This document shows positions 26,758 through 36,832 of a stretch of DNA of 64,000 bases, piece after piece. This stretch comes from an uncultured Actinomycetes bacterium (lineage in GTDB: Bacteria > Actinomycetota > UBA4738 > HRBIN12). The position numbers and the translations under genes are program-made. Where the stretch lies: positions 18,705 through 82,704 of the forward strand of contig CAWGVY010000002.1 in NCBI GenBank assembly GCA_963826185.1, read 5' to 3'. Each line of letters opens with the position of its first letter. Position 1 is the first letter of the stretch. Below the pieces are notes generated by a model. That model worked only from the letters and a program-made list of their open reading frames with translations, did no database searches and was not told the DNA's origin.

Positions 26758-28353
26758 TTGACCGGGACCTACGACGCGATCGTGGTCGGTGGCGGCCACA
26801 ACGGGCTCGTCGCCGCCTTCTATCTGTCGCGCGCGGGTCTTCGAACGGTGGTCCTGGAACGTCGGCCGTTCGTGGGTGGCGCCTGCAACACCGAGGAGTT
26901 CGCCCCGGGGTTCCGGGCCTCGACCGGGGCTTACGTTCTGTCGATGCTACGCGCGTCCATCTGGCGAGACATGCGCTTGGTGGAGCGCGGCATCGTGGTC
27001 GATCAGGCGGGGCCATCGCTCAACCTGACTCCGGATGGAGCCCGATACGAGCTGGGCGACGATATGGCCGCCAACGTATCGGAGACTGCGCGTTTCTCGC
27101 CGAAGGACGCCCGCGCGTTTCCGGTGTTCGAGCAGGATCTGGCCGAGCTGGCCAAGGCCGTGCTGCCGTCGTTCGAGTGGACGGCTCCCGATCCCCGGAT
27201 GCTGAACCCCCAGCACCTTCGCGACCTCTCGAAGTGGGGGCGGATCGGCTGGAAGCACCGCCGGAACCTGCAGGAGCTGGCGTACCTGTTCTCGACCTCA
27301 GCCACGCAGTTCCTGGCCGAACGGTTCGAGGATCCCCACGTCATGGCGGCGCTCGGGTGGCATGCGATCAACGACTCTGTGGCCGGCCCATCCACGCCGG
27401 GAACGGCGTACGTGCTGCTGCATGACCATGCCAGCGAGGAGACCGGTGGTGGCGTCCGTCAGTGGGGGTTCGTCCGTGGAGGCATGGGTCGCGTCACCGC
27501 GACGATGGCCGAGGCGGCCCGGGAAGAAGGGGTCGAGATCCGCTGCGAAGCGGAGGTGGAGCGGGTCCTATCCCGCGGAGGCGCGGCCATCGGCGTGCGA
27601 CTGGCGAGCGGGGAGGAGCTGCGCGCGCGTCGCATCCTGTCGAACGCGGATCCGAAGCGGACGTTCCTACGGCTGTGTGATCCCGCGGACCTCGCACCCG
27701 ACTTCACGGCGAAGATCCGCGCATACCGATGCCAGGGGACCAGCATGAAGATCAACCTGGCACTATCCGAGCTCCCGATGGTGCAGGGTCTCCCCGAGGG
27801 CGGTCCGCAGCGTTACCACACGGGGATCATGGAGCTGAACCCATTCATCCCCGACATGGACTTCCAGCAGGCGCAGGCCGTACAGGGGATCGCGGCGGAC
27901 CCGGCGCACATCGAACTCTGCTTCCCCACGGTCCACGACCCGAGCCTGGCGCCTGAGGGTAGGCACATCATGACGATCGACGTGAACTCCCAGCCCTACG
28001 GGCTGCGTGATGACTGGGACCAGGTGAAGGAGGCGCGGGCCGACCGAGCCGTGGACCAGATCGCTGAGTCCTTCCCCAAGCTCCCGGATCTCATCGAGCA
28101 CCGGCAGGTCCTGACCCCGTTGGACATGGAACGCGTGATGGGACTCACCGGGGGCCATGCCCTACACGGCGACATGGCGCCGGACCAACTCCTCTTCCTG
28201 CGCCCCGTGCGCGGATGGGCCGACTACCGGACGCCCATCCGCGGGCTCTACCTGTGTGGAGCGGGGACGCATCCAGGCGGCGGGGTGACCGGCGCGAACG
28301 GTCGCAATGCAGCGCGCGAGGTGCTGCGCGACGCGCGGAAGTCTCGTAAGTGA
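26758..28353 (+). CDS. FAD-dependent oxidoreductase, phytoene-desaturase (CrtI/COG1233) family
   Basis: ORF 26758..28353(+): YDAIVVGGGHNGLVAAFYLSRAG dinucleotide fold and C-terminal GLYLCGAGTHPGGGV. Confidence 0.8.
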   Translation: MTGTYDAIVVGGGHNGLVAAFYLSRAGLRTVVLERRPFVGGACNTEEFAPGFRASTGAYVLSMLRASIWRDMRLVERGIVVDQAGPSLNLTPDGARYELGDDMAANVSETARFSPKDARAFPVFEQDLAELAKAVLPSFEWTAPDPRMLNPQHLRDLSKWGRIGWKHRRNLQELAYLFSTSATQFLAERFEDPHVMAALGWHAINDSVAGPSTPGTAYVLLHDHASEETGGGVRQWGFVRGGMGRVTATMAEAAREEGVEIRCEAEVERVLSRGGAAIGVRLASGEELRARRILSNADPKRTFLRLCDPADLAPDFTAKIRAYRCQGTSMKINLALSELPMVQGLPEGGPQRYHTGIMELNPFIPDMDFQQAQAVQGIAADPAHIELCFPTVHDPSLAPEGRHIMTIDVNSQPYGLRDDWDQVKEARADRAVDQIAESFPKLPDLIEHRQVLTPLDMERVMGLTGGHALHGDMAPDQLLFLRPVRGWADYRTPIRGLYLCGAGTHPGGGVTGANGRNAAREVLRDARKSRK

Positions 28354-28399
28354 TGGCACCGACGATGGTGGGCTCGGTCCCACCGGAAAGGGGTAGCGC

Positions 28400-29866
28400 A
28401 TGAGCCGCAACGCCCGACGATCCGATCTCTCGAGGCGCCAGTTCCTGAAGGCCGGCGCCGCCGGCACCGCGGCGGGCGCGGTGGCGCTCGGTGTCCCGAC
28501 GCTGGCCAGTGCCGCGCCGAAGCCGAAGATCCGCGGGCCCAAGCCTCGGACGGCGGGATTGATCACGGCTGGGCCGGAGATCGGTCTGCCGCCCGGGTTC
28601 AGCTACACCGCCTTCGGTCAGTTCGGCTCCGCCATGTCAGACGGATTCATCACGCCGCCGATCCACGACGGCATGGGTGTGTTCGACGCCGGCGGCGGGA
28701 CCTACCGGATCGTGCGCAACCACGAGCTGGGCGAGGGCAACGACATCGGTCCCGGACGCCCAACGGGTCTGAAGTCCACCGCGTGGGATCCCAAAGGCCG
28801 AGGGTGCACCACCACGATGACCGTTGACAACGACGGGAACCTGTTGGAGAGCTTCATCTCGCTCAACGGCACCGACACGAACTGTTCGGGCTCGCCGACC
28901 CCGTGGGACACCTGGCTGACCTGCGAGGAGACGACCGCCGGCGTGAAGTCCGGGCTGCAGAAGCCTCACGGCTACATCTTCGAGGTGGATGCCTTCGCCG
29001 ACGAGCCGGTGCTGACGAACCCGCACAAGGCGATGGGACGCTTCCTGCACGAGGCGGCCGCGGTCGATCCCGATACCGGCGTTGTCTACATGACCGAGGA
29101 CAACGGGCCCGATGGGTTCTACCGGTTCGTCCCCAAGACCTTCGGCAAGCTCAACAAGGGAACGGTTCAGATCCTGAAAGTGAAGGGGCAGCCCGGGTAC
29201 AACACGGTGATCGGACAGACGGTCGGTGAGGTCTTGCCAGCGAAGTGGGCGACGATCACCGATCCGGATCCGGCAGACGCCGAGGACCATCCCGACGCCG
29301 TCTATCGGGAGGGCCGTAGCAAGGGAGCCGCGCGGTTCCTGGGTGGGGAAGGCTGTACCTTCCGCGCCAACGGTGGTACCGACCCCGGCTCGTGTGTCTT
29401 CAACTCCTCCGACGGAGGTGATGCGGAACTCGGCCAGATCTGGCAGTACACGCCCACGAAGAACGTCGGAGATCTGGACGAGGATGGCGAGCTCGTCCTC
29501 CTCTATGAATCGGTCGACGAGGCTGCGATGCAGGGGCCCGACAACCTGTGCACCAGTCCCGGTGGAGCCATCATCGTGGCCGAGGACGGCGACGCCACGA
29601 ACTTCCTACGGGCGCTCCTTCCCGACAACACGCTGATCACGATCGGCGAGAACCTGGTGTCGGTGCGGATCGCCTACATCGATTCCTCAGGGATCGTGTT
29701 CGATCCCGACACGCCGTTCGACGACTACAACTTCACGACCGGCAACGGGATGTCGGAGTTCGCGGGATGCCGCTTCAGCCCCGACGGGAAGTTCCTGTTC
29801 GTGAACATCCAGGTGCCCGGGATCACGTGCGCGATCACGGGCCCGTGGGGCAGTATCGGACTATGA
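28400..29866 (+). CDS. Tat-exported DUF839/PhoX-family beta-propeller protein
   Basis: ORF 28400..29866(+): twin-arginine signal SRRQFLKAGAAG, then NHE, TPWDTWLTCEE, FSPDGKFLFVNIQ motifs. Confidence 0.75.
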   Translation: MSRNARRSDLSRRQFLKAGAAGTAAGAVALGVPTLASAAPKPKIRGPKPRTAGLITAGPEIGLPPGFSYTAFGQFGSAMSDGFITPPIHDGMGVFDAGGGTYRIVRNHELGEGNDIGPGRPTGLKSTAWDPKGRGCTTTMTVDNDGNLLESFISLNGTDTNCSGSPTPWDTWLTCEETTAGVKSGLQKPHGYIFEVDAFADEPVLTNPHKAMGRFLHEAAAVDPDTGVVYMTEDNGPDGFYRFVPKTFGKLNKGTVQILKVKGQPGYNTVIGQTVGEVLPAKWATITDPDPADAEDHPDAVYREGRSKGAARFLGGEGCTFRANGGTDPGSCVFNSSDGGDAELGQIWQYTPTKNVGDLDEDGELVLLYESVDEAAMQGPDNLCTSPGGAIIVAEDGDATNFLRALLPDNTLITIGENLVSVRIAYIDSSGIVFDPDTPFDDYNFTTGNGMSEFAGCRFSPDGKFLFVNIQVPGITCAITGPWGSIGL

Positions 29867-31222
29867 ACGAAGGGTCCGGCCCCGGCGGCGAGATCGAGGT
29901 GCCACGCATCCTGGCCGCGCCGCCGGGGCCGCGCACCCGCGACACCCTGGAGCGGCTGGGCAAGGTGCTGTACCGGGGCCTGGCCGACGAGCTCGGACCG
30001 TTCGTGATCCGTCGCAAGTCGGGGTGGGAGATCGAAGACGTGGACGGCAACGTCTACCTCGACTTCATCAGCGCCATGGCCTCGGTTCCGTTGGGAGCCG
30101 CGCCGAGAGGACATCACGGAGGCGGCGGTGGAGGCGCTCCGCCGCTACGGCAACGAGGACACCCACTACTTCGCGAACGAGTACGTGCTGCCGCTCGTGG
30201 AGAAGCTGCTGGCCGTGGCGCCGGGACAGCTCGCCCGTGTGGACATCGCCTTGAACGGCACGGAGGCCGTGGAGACCGCGATCCGCTTCATGCGCCGCGC
30301 CACCGGCCGGCCGATCGTGATCGGCTTCATGGGTGGCTACCACGGAGAGGCCGGGACCGCGGGCGCGGCCGGCGCAGAGGACGCGGAGATCTCCTACGGG
30401 TACCGGGCCCTGATGCCGGGCTTCGTGCACGTTCCCTACCCTAACCCGTACCGCACGCCGTTCCGGGCCCGACCCGGCGGCTGCGGCGACGGGACCGTGG
30501 ACTACCTCCGCGATCACGTGCTGCACCATGTCGTCGATCCCCGCGAAGTGGCGGGCTTCGTGATCGAACCGGTGATGGGTTCGGGCGGTTGCGTCGCGCC
30601 GCCCGAGGCGTTCTGGCGGGCGCTTACCGAGCTCTGCCACGAACAGGATCTCCTGCTGTGTGCCGACGAGGTGAAGACGGGGTTCGGCCGAACGGGACAC
30701 CTGTTCGCGGTCGAGCGCTGGGGGGTCGAGCCGGACCTGATGGCGTTGGGCAAGGCGATGGGTGGCGGCGTGATGCCGATCGGCGCCGTCCTGGGGACCG
30801 AACGCGCGATGGACTTCGGCGATCTCTCCACCGGTTCCACCTGGTCGTGGCTCCCCGCAGCCTGCGCCGCCGCGATCGAGACCCTCGACGTCTTCGAGCG
30901 CGAGCCGATCCTGGAGCACGTGCGGGCGCTGGAGGAGGAGGGCCGCACCTTGTTGGAGCCGTTGCGCGACCGCTACGCACCGGTGGGTGACGTCCGCGTG
31001 GTGGGCTGCTTCATGGCGATCGAGTTCGTGAAGGACCGCGAGACGAAGGAGCGCGATCCCGAGCTCGGCGAACGCGTCGCACGGGCCTGCATCCAACGCG
31101 GGTTGCTGGTCGACCTCACCTCGACATCCCTGCACCTGCAGCCCTCCCTCGTGACGCCCGTCGAGGTGCTGAGGCAGGGGGTGGCCATCTTGGACGACGC
31201 GATCGCCGAGGTCCTGGGGTGA
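29863..31222 (+). pseudogene. Class-III (omega) aminotransferase, one frameshift
   Basis: ATG 29863 (ATGA overlap with the phoX-like stop). The N-terminal 78 aa are in the frame of ORF 29548..30444 (...YLDFISAMASVPLG). The rest is in ORF 30128..31222 (...REDITEAAVEALRRYG...ADEVKTGFGRTG...). Frame change at about 30094-30104. Confidence 0.8.
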
Positions 31223-32103
31223 TCGAGCCGGAGGCGTTCGAGGAGCTGGCGGGTGGGCTGAACCATCCCGAGGGCGTCGCGTGGAACCCGGTCGACGGGC
31301 GCGTCTACGCGGGGGGCGAGGGCGGCGAGATCTACGCGGTCACCTTGGACGGGACGGTGCAGCAGGTGGCGTCGAGCGGTGGGTCGATGCTGGGCGTGGC
31401 CGTCGACGGTCAGGGGCGCGTGTACGCATGCGATGCGGGGCGAGGGGAGATCGTGCGTTGGGACCCGTCATCGTCGGCGTTGACGACCTATGCGCGCGGG
31501 GTTGCCGGCGAGGACATGGACTGCCCCAACGTGGCGGCCTTCGGGCCCGACGGCGCTCTGTACGTGACCTGCTCGGGCGAGGAAGGGCGGCCCGAGATCC
31601 TTCGGGTCCCCGCGGGCGGCCAGGTGGAACGGTGGGCCACGTCGGTGCCGGGCTATCCCAACGGCGCACTCGTGAGCCCCGACGGGGCTTGGCTCGTGGT
31701 GGTCGAAGCCCATGAGCAGCGCCTGGTCCGGATCCCGATCCTCAGCGATGGCGCGGCCGGGAAACCGGAGCTGGTGGCGGAGCTTCCCGATACGGACCCC
31801 GACGGCGTGGCTCTGGACGCCGAGGGACACTTCTGGGTCACGCTCTATCGACCCGACGGGCTGGCTCGGATCGGACCCCACGGCGAGGTCAGGATCGTGG
31901 TGGACGATCACCTCGCATCCACGCTCGATGCGCCCACCAACATCGCCTGGGTCGGCGAGGTGCTCGATCGCACGGTGGTCGCCAACGTGGGAGATACCTT
32001 CCTGGCCATCGCGGACCTGGGGGTCGAGGGGGCAGCCGCTGCACCACCCCATCCTCGACTGACGAAACGTCGTCCTGTGGCGGCCCGGACGGACTGTCGG
32101 TAG
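31219..32103 (+). CDS. SMP-30/gluconolactonase/LRE-family protein
   Basis: ORF 31219..32103(+), GTGA overlap with the upstream gene. Six-bladed propeller repeats (HPEGVAW, PNG, PDGVALD). Confidence 0.75.
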   Translation: MIEPEAFEELAGGLNHPEGVAWNPVDGRVYAGGEGGEIYAVTLDGTVQQVASSGGSMLGVAVDGQGRVYACDAGRGEIVRWDPSSSALTTYARGVAGEDMDCPNVAAFGPDGALYVTCSGEEGRPEILRVPAGGQVERWATSVPGYPNGALVSPDGAWLVVVEAHEQRLVRIPILSDGAAGKPELVAELPDTDPDGVALDAEGHFWVTLYRPDGLARIGPHGEVRIVVDDHLASTLDAPTNIAWVGEVLDRTVVANVGDTFLAIADLGVEGAAAAPPHPRLTKRRPVAARTDCR

Positions 32104-32115
32104 ACTGTCGACAGT
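32092..32115 (+). promoter_or_regulatory. Candidate GntR-type operator B: GACTGTCG-GTA-GACTGTCGACAGT
   Basis: GACTGTCG repeated at an 11-nt period. The second copy is part of the perfect palindrome ACTGTCGACAGT (32104-32115), which overlaps the GTG start (32114) of the grdE-like gene. Confidence 0.45.
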
Positions 32116-33372
32116 GTCATCCACGCTCGCTGATCTCGAGATCGCGACGTTCGCGGTCGACGAGGTCGTCGAGGGGGACCAGACAGGGCGGGACGGACGC
32201 ACCTTGGTGCTGTCGCTCCCGCAGCTCGCGGTCGGAGCCGGGGAGCCGGCGCTGGCGGAGGCCACGGTCGAGGTCATCCGTCCCGGCGATCCCGTTCGCA
32301 TCGCCAACGTCCTCGACGCCGTGTTGCCCGACGCCCGCGTCGACGATCCTTCGGCCACCTTCCCGGGCGTCGTCGGCTCCGCCGAGGCCGTGGTGGGTGG
32401 CCGGCTCCACCGGCTGACCGGCGTGACGGTGTTGCCCGTATGCGACTGGGCTGCCGCCGGATACGCGGACGCCGCGGAACTCCCCGACAGCTTCGTGGAC
32501 ATGGCAGGACCCGGCGCCGATCGGAGCCCGTTCGGCGCCACGACGAACCTGGTGGTGCGATGCGTCCCGCAACCGGGCGTCTCCGCCGCCGACGCCGATG
32601 CGGCGGTCAGACGGGCGTGCCTACGGCTCGCCAGTGACCTGGCCCTGAGCACGGCTGAGGACGAACCCGATGCCGTGAGGTCGATCGGGCCTGTGGCCTA
32701 CCCGCGATCCTTCCCTGGCCTCGATCGCGGTGATCCTTCAGGTCGCCTCGGAAGGCCCGTTGGTCGACACGTTCTGGCGCGGCTCGCCGATGCGCCCCCT
32801 GACGCCGAGGATCGCCGATCATCGCGAGGTGCTGGGAGGGTGTCTCACGAACGGCGCATACGACTGGCCGGGGGTGCGCAACGTGACCGCGCACTACCAA
32901 GACGGAGCGTTGCTCGTGCGGTGCTGCTCGAGGCCGACGGTGACCGTCTCCGCTACGCGGGCCTGGTGCTGACGCCCGGCTACCTGGACGACGCGGCCGA
33001 GAAGCGTCGGGCGGCGGAGCGCGCCGCCACGCTCGCGGACAGCTTGGGGCCGATGGTGTCGTGTGCACGACCTTCTCCTCCGGCAACTCACACACCGACA
33101 CGATGCTCACGGTCCGGGCGTGCGAAGCGATGCGGCCTGCGGACCGTGGCGCTCGTCGCCGAGACGAACGGTGGGCTCACCGATCACGTTCCCGAGGCCG
33201 ACTGCCTGGTGAGCACGGGGAACGAGGACGAGCTGGTGGAGCCGTGGAGCCCCGCTCGCGTGATCGGTGCGCAGGACGGTGCGCGAGCGGGCGAGCGGGT
33301 CCCGACCGTGCACTACCTGGCGGGCTGCACCGCAGATGGGCGACGCGCGATGGACGGCGGTGCCGGCATTGA
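32114..33372 (+). pseudogene. grdE: Glycine/sarcosine/betaine-reductase component B alpha/beta proprotein (GrdE/PrdA family), at least 4 frameshifts
   Basis: N-terminus in ORF 32114.. (LEIATFAVDEV...VEVIRPGDPVRIANVLDAV...FPGVVG). It continues in ORF 32730..32972 (IAVILQVASEGPLVDT...AHYQDGALL), then back to the first frame (LLEADGDRLRYAGLVLTPG). Next comes ORF 33061.. (ADGVVCTTFSSGNSHTDTMLTVRACEAM), then the first frame again (GLRTVALVAETNGG...). Shifts at about 32695-32725, 32920, 33046-33049 (G4 run) and 33133. The 3' end and stop are uncertain. Confidence 0.75.
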
Positions 33373-34659
33373 TCGTCCATTACCTGAACCAGTTCTTCGC
33401 GGGGTTGGGCGCGGAGGAGGCCGCCGGTCACGAGCCCGTCCGGATCGACGGGCCGGTGGGCCCGGGGCGCGGCCTGGTCGGCTGCCGGCCTTCGTCCCGA
33501 CATCACGCTCGCCTGCGGCGACGACTTCTTCGGTGAGCGGGAGGCCGAGGCGCTCGCCATCCTGGTGGGCTGGCTCGACGAGCTGCAGCCCGAGGTTCTG
33601 GTCTGCGGACCCTCGTTCGGATCGGGCCGCTACGGCTACGCGTGCGGGGTGCTGGCCCGCGAGGCAGGGCGACGAGGCATCCCGGTGGTCGCCGCGATGA
33701 CCGAGGACTCGCCCGGGGTGCTGGCCTCAGAAGGGGCGGCCTACATCGTGCCGACGGGTTCCAACGTCGCGGCGATGAAAGACGCCCTGCCCGCTATGGC
33801 GTCTCTGGCGTCTCGGCTCGCGGCCCGCGAGCCGGTCGGACCCGCCGAGCAGGAGGGCTACCTGCCCCGGGGGTTGCGGACCAATGTCTTCTCGGACCGC
33901 ACGGGGGCCGAGCGGGCGATCGATCTGTTGCTCGCGAAGCTCGCCGGCGATATCCGCACCGAAGTCACGCCGCGTGGGGATCGCGTGCCGCCTCCGCCGG
34001 CCTTGGCCGATCCCGGTGCGGCAACGATCGCTCTGGTGACCGAGGCGGGGTGCGTTCCCCAGGGCAATCCCGACCGCCTGCCGTCGCGTCACGCGCATCA
34101 GTGGCTCCGCTACGCGATCGCCGACCTCGACGGGCTGGATGCGCCGGCCTACAGATCCGTGCACGCGGGCTTCGACACCCACGCCGCGAACCTGGATCCG
34201 AACCGGCTCGTCCCGCTGGACGCGGTCCGCTCCCTCCAGCGTGCCGGGCGCATCGGCGACGTGTATCCGGCGTTCTTCACCACATCGGGCGTCGACACGC
34301 CCGTGGCCGTCGCCGCGCGCTTCGGCCAGGAGATGGCGCTGGAGCTCCGTGAGGCCGGCGTGCAGGCGGTGATCCTCACCGGGACCTGAGGCACCGGCAC
34401 GCGTTGCGGGGCAACGCTGGCGAAGGAACTCGAACGGGAAGGGATCGTGACCGTGTTCGTGACGGCGTTGCCGACGATCGCGCAGATGGTGGGCGCCAAC
34501 CGCATCCTGCGCGGTGTGTCGATCGCGCATCCCACCGGCGATCCCTCGCTGTCGGTGGGTGACGAACACGCCTTGCGCGAACGGATGGTGGGCCGAGCGC
34601 TGGACATGCTGGCGTCCGACGTCGGGCCGGGCACGGTGTGGGAACGGGAGGAACCGTGA
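33360..34659 (+). pseudogene. grdB: Selenoprotein B of glycine/sarcosine/betaine-reductase type (GrdB/GrdF/GrdH family): Sec-UGA at 34387-34389 plus one frameshift
   Basis: GTG 33360 gives (M)PALIVHYLNQFFAGLGAEEAAG. Frame change at about 33478-33486 into the frame of ORF 33565..34389. That ORF and ORF 34447..34659 are in the same frame, separated only by TGA 34387: ...GVQAVILTGT-U-GTGTRCGATLAKELEREGIVTVFVTALPTIAQMVGANRI... This is the conserved Sec context of GrdB. Confidence 0.85.
34401..34417 (+). promoter_or_regulatory. Candidate SECIS hairpin for grdB
   Basis: Perfect GCGTTGC-GGG-GCAACGC stem-loop starting 11 nt after UGA 34387-34389, with a G-rich apical loop. Confidence 0.5.
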
Positions 34660-35973
34660 GCGTGCGGCGCGCCGCCGTGACCGCGGCATCCTTCGTCCTG
34701 GAGCACGTTCCCGACCTGGTGCGGTATGGGTCCAAGCCGGCCAGGGAGCGAGGCGCAGCTGCCCGAGCTCCTGAGATCCCTGCGCTCGTTCGATGACGCG
34801 GTCGCCTATCCGCCGAACCAGGTGTTCATCGGCAACCTTGCACCCCAGGATCTTTGGGATCGCCCCAGGGACTGGTGGGAACACCCCCTCGAAGGCGCCG
34901 CCCCGACCGGCTCGACGGGCGAGGTGATGGATCCTGACGCCTTCTACGACCTGATGCGGGAGGTCGATCGGTTCGATCTGGTCACGTCCGAGTTCGTTCC
35001 CGAGTCCCGCGCGCTGCCCCTCTACCGCGGTACCGCGATCGTGGGAGCGATCGCCCCCGAGCATGAGCAGGACGAGTCGTTGAGCGCCTCCGTGTTGCTC
35101 GAGAACCTCGCGATCAAGGCGAGCGGCGTCCACGCCCTGCGCGATCTGCTCCAGCGAACGCAGATCGACCCCGCATCGATCACCCACGCGATCGGCTGTG
35201 GCGAAGAGGCCGTCGGCGACCGATACCAGCGCGGAGGCGGCAACATGGCCAAGGCGATCGCGGAGGAATGTGGTCTGCTGCGCGCTGCCGCGATCGATGT
35301 CAAGTCGTTCTGTGCGGCACCCGTTCACGCGATGGTCCTGGCCGCCGCCCTGATCGGGTCGGGCATCGAGGAGCGCGTGGTGGTGGTGGCGGGGGGCTCG
35401 CTGGGCAAGCTCGGGATGAAGTTCGAGGGAGCGCTCTCCAAGGGCTTCCCGATCCTGGAAGACGTACTGGCGGGGATGGCGATCCTCCTGGAGCCGGCGG
35501 ACGGCTCCAACGGACCCGTCCTGCGCACCGATGCGGTTGGCAGGATGCCGGTGCAGGCCGGCAACGCTCCCCAGGCTCAGCTGGAAGCGCTGGTGGGCTG
35601 CCCCCTCGACGCCCTGGGGATCACGGTCGGCGACGTGGGGACGTACGCCACCGAGATCCACAACCCGGAGATCACGCAACCGCAGGGCGGTGGCGACGTT
35701 GCGGACCGCAACTACAAGATGTTGGCCGGCCTGGGCGTGGTGCGCGGAGAGCTCGACCGGACCGACATCGCGGGGTTCGCGCGGGCACACGGGATGCCCG
35801 GGTTCGCGCCGACCCAAGGACACATCGCCAGCGCCGTTCCCTGGCTACCGCACGCGCTCGCCCGCATGCGGGCCGGTGAACTGCATCGAACGATGCTGAT
35901 CGCGAAAGGGTCGCTGTTCCTGGGACGCCTCACGCGTCTGTGGGACGGCGTGTCCGTGACGCTCGAGACCTGA
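34656..35973 (+). pseudogene. grdC: Glycine-reductase component C beta subunit (GrdC, thiolase-fold), one frameshift
   Basis: GTG 34656 (GTGA overlap with the grdB stop) gives VSVRRAAVTAASFVLEHVPDLVRYGSKPAR. Frame change at about 34745-34750 into ORF 34726..35973 (...LRSFDDAVAYPPNQVFIGNL...GGGNMAKA...). Confidence 0.8.
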
Positions 35974-35982
35974 GGAGGATCG

Positions 35983-36366
35983 ATGATCGATGCCACCGTG
36001 GACACCTTCCAGGAGCTCGCCGGCACCGGCGAGGTCTTGGTGGACATCTGGGGCCCGCAGTGCCAGCCGTGCCTCGCCCTGATGCCGGCGGTTGAGGCCC
36101 TGGCGGAGACCTACGGCGATCGCGTGCGGTTCGTGAAGGTGAACGCGCCGGAGAACCGGAGGATCTGCCGGGACCTGCGGGTGGCCGGCCTTCCCGCCTA
36201 CGTGACCCTGCGCGACGGGGTCGAGGTCGAGCGACTCACGAGCGCCGGGACCACGCCCAGGCAGATCGAGGACGCCATCGTCCGACTCGTGAACGGAGCG
36301 CCGGCGGTCGGTCCGCCGGTGCCGGAACACCTGCGCGAGCAGGCCGAGACCGCCGAAGGGGGGTGA
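35983..36366 (+). CDS. Thioredoxin-like protein with atypical active site WGPQCQPC
   Basis: ORF 35983..36366(+): thioredoxin fold with a CQPC dithiol, located between grdC and grdA as in clostridial grd operons. Confidence 0.8.
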   Translation: MIDATVDTFQELAGTGEVLVDIWGPQCQPCLALMPAVEALAETYGDRVRFVKVNAPENRRICRDLRVAGLPAYVTLRDGVEVERLTSAGTTPRQIEDAIVRLVNGAPAVGPPVPEHLREQAETAEGG

Positions 36367-36369
36367 CCC

Positions 36370-36828
36370 ATGGATCTACAGGGCAAGAAGGTGATCGCTC
36401 TCGGAGAGCGGGACAGCGTTCCCGGTGAGGCGATCGCCGAGGTGGCGCGTTCCGCCGGTGCCGAGGTGATCGAGGTGCGAACGGAGTGCTTCGTCTGAAC
36501 GGCGTCCGGTGCCATGGATCCGGACAACCAGGCGCTGATCAAACGGATCGTCGATGAGATCGGCAGCGACGACGTCGTGGTGATGCTCGGAGCCGCCGAC
36601 GCGGAGGCGGTCGAGGTCGCCGTCGAGACCGTCCGAGATGGCGATCCCGCCTGGGTGGGTCCATTGGCCGGGGTCCAGTTGGGACTCCCCGTGCTGCACG
36701 TGTTCGAGGACGAGGTGAAACGTCAGGCCGACGACGGCGTCTACGAGGCGCAGATCGGCTTCTTCGAGATGACCCTGGACGTCGACCAGGTGAAGGAGGC
36801 GATGAAGCGCGCCCGCGGCGAGACCTGA
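36370..36828 (+). CDS. grdA: Glycine/sarcosine/betaine-reductase selenoprotein A (Sec-UGA at 36496-36498)
   Basis: ATG 36370 gives MDLQGKKVIALGERDSVPGEAIAEVARSAGAEVIEVRTECFV-U-TASGAMDPDNQALIKRIVDE...GDPAWVGPLAGVQLGLPVLHVFE. The TGA is in frame with ORF 36514..36828. CFVUTA(A/S)GAMD is the GrdA active-site signature. Confidence 0.9.
36504..36525 (+). promoter_or_regulatory. Candidate SECIS hairpin for grdA
   Basis: GTCCGG-TGCCATGGAT-CCGGAC stem-loop beginning 5 nt after UGA 36496-36498. Confidence 0.45.
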
Positions 36829-36832
36829 GCCG

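Noticed and set aside
34387-34389. TGA 34387 (and TGA 36496) as ordinary stop codons ending short genes
   Set aside because: Downstream sequence continues in the same frame with family-conserved residues. Both positions coincide with the known Sec sites of GrdB and GrdA.
33727-35823. 698-aa minus-strand ORF antisense to grdB/grdC
   Set aside because: This is a typical high-GC shadow ORF. It is Arg/Gly/Asp/His-rich with no recognisable motifs, while the plus strand encodes clear GrdB and GrdC sequence.
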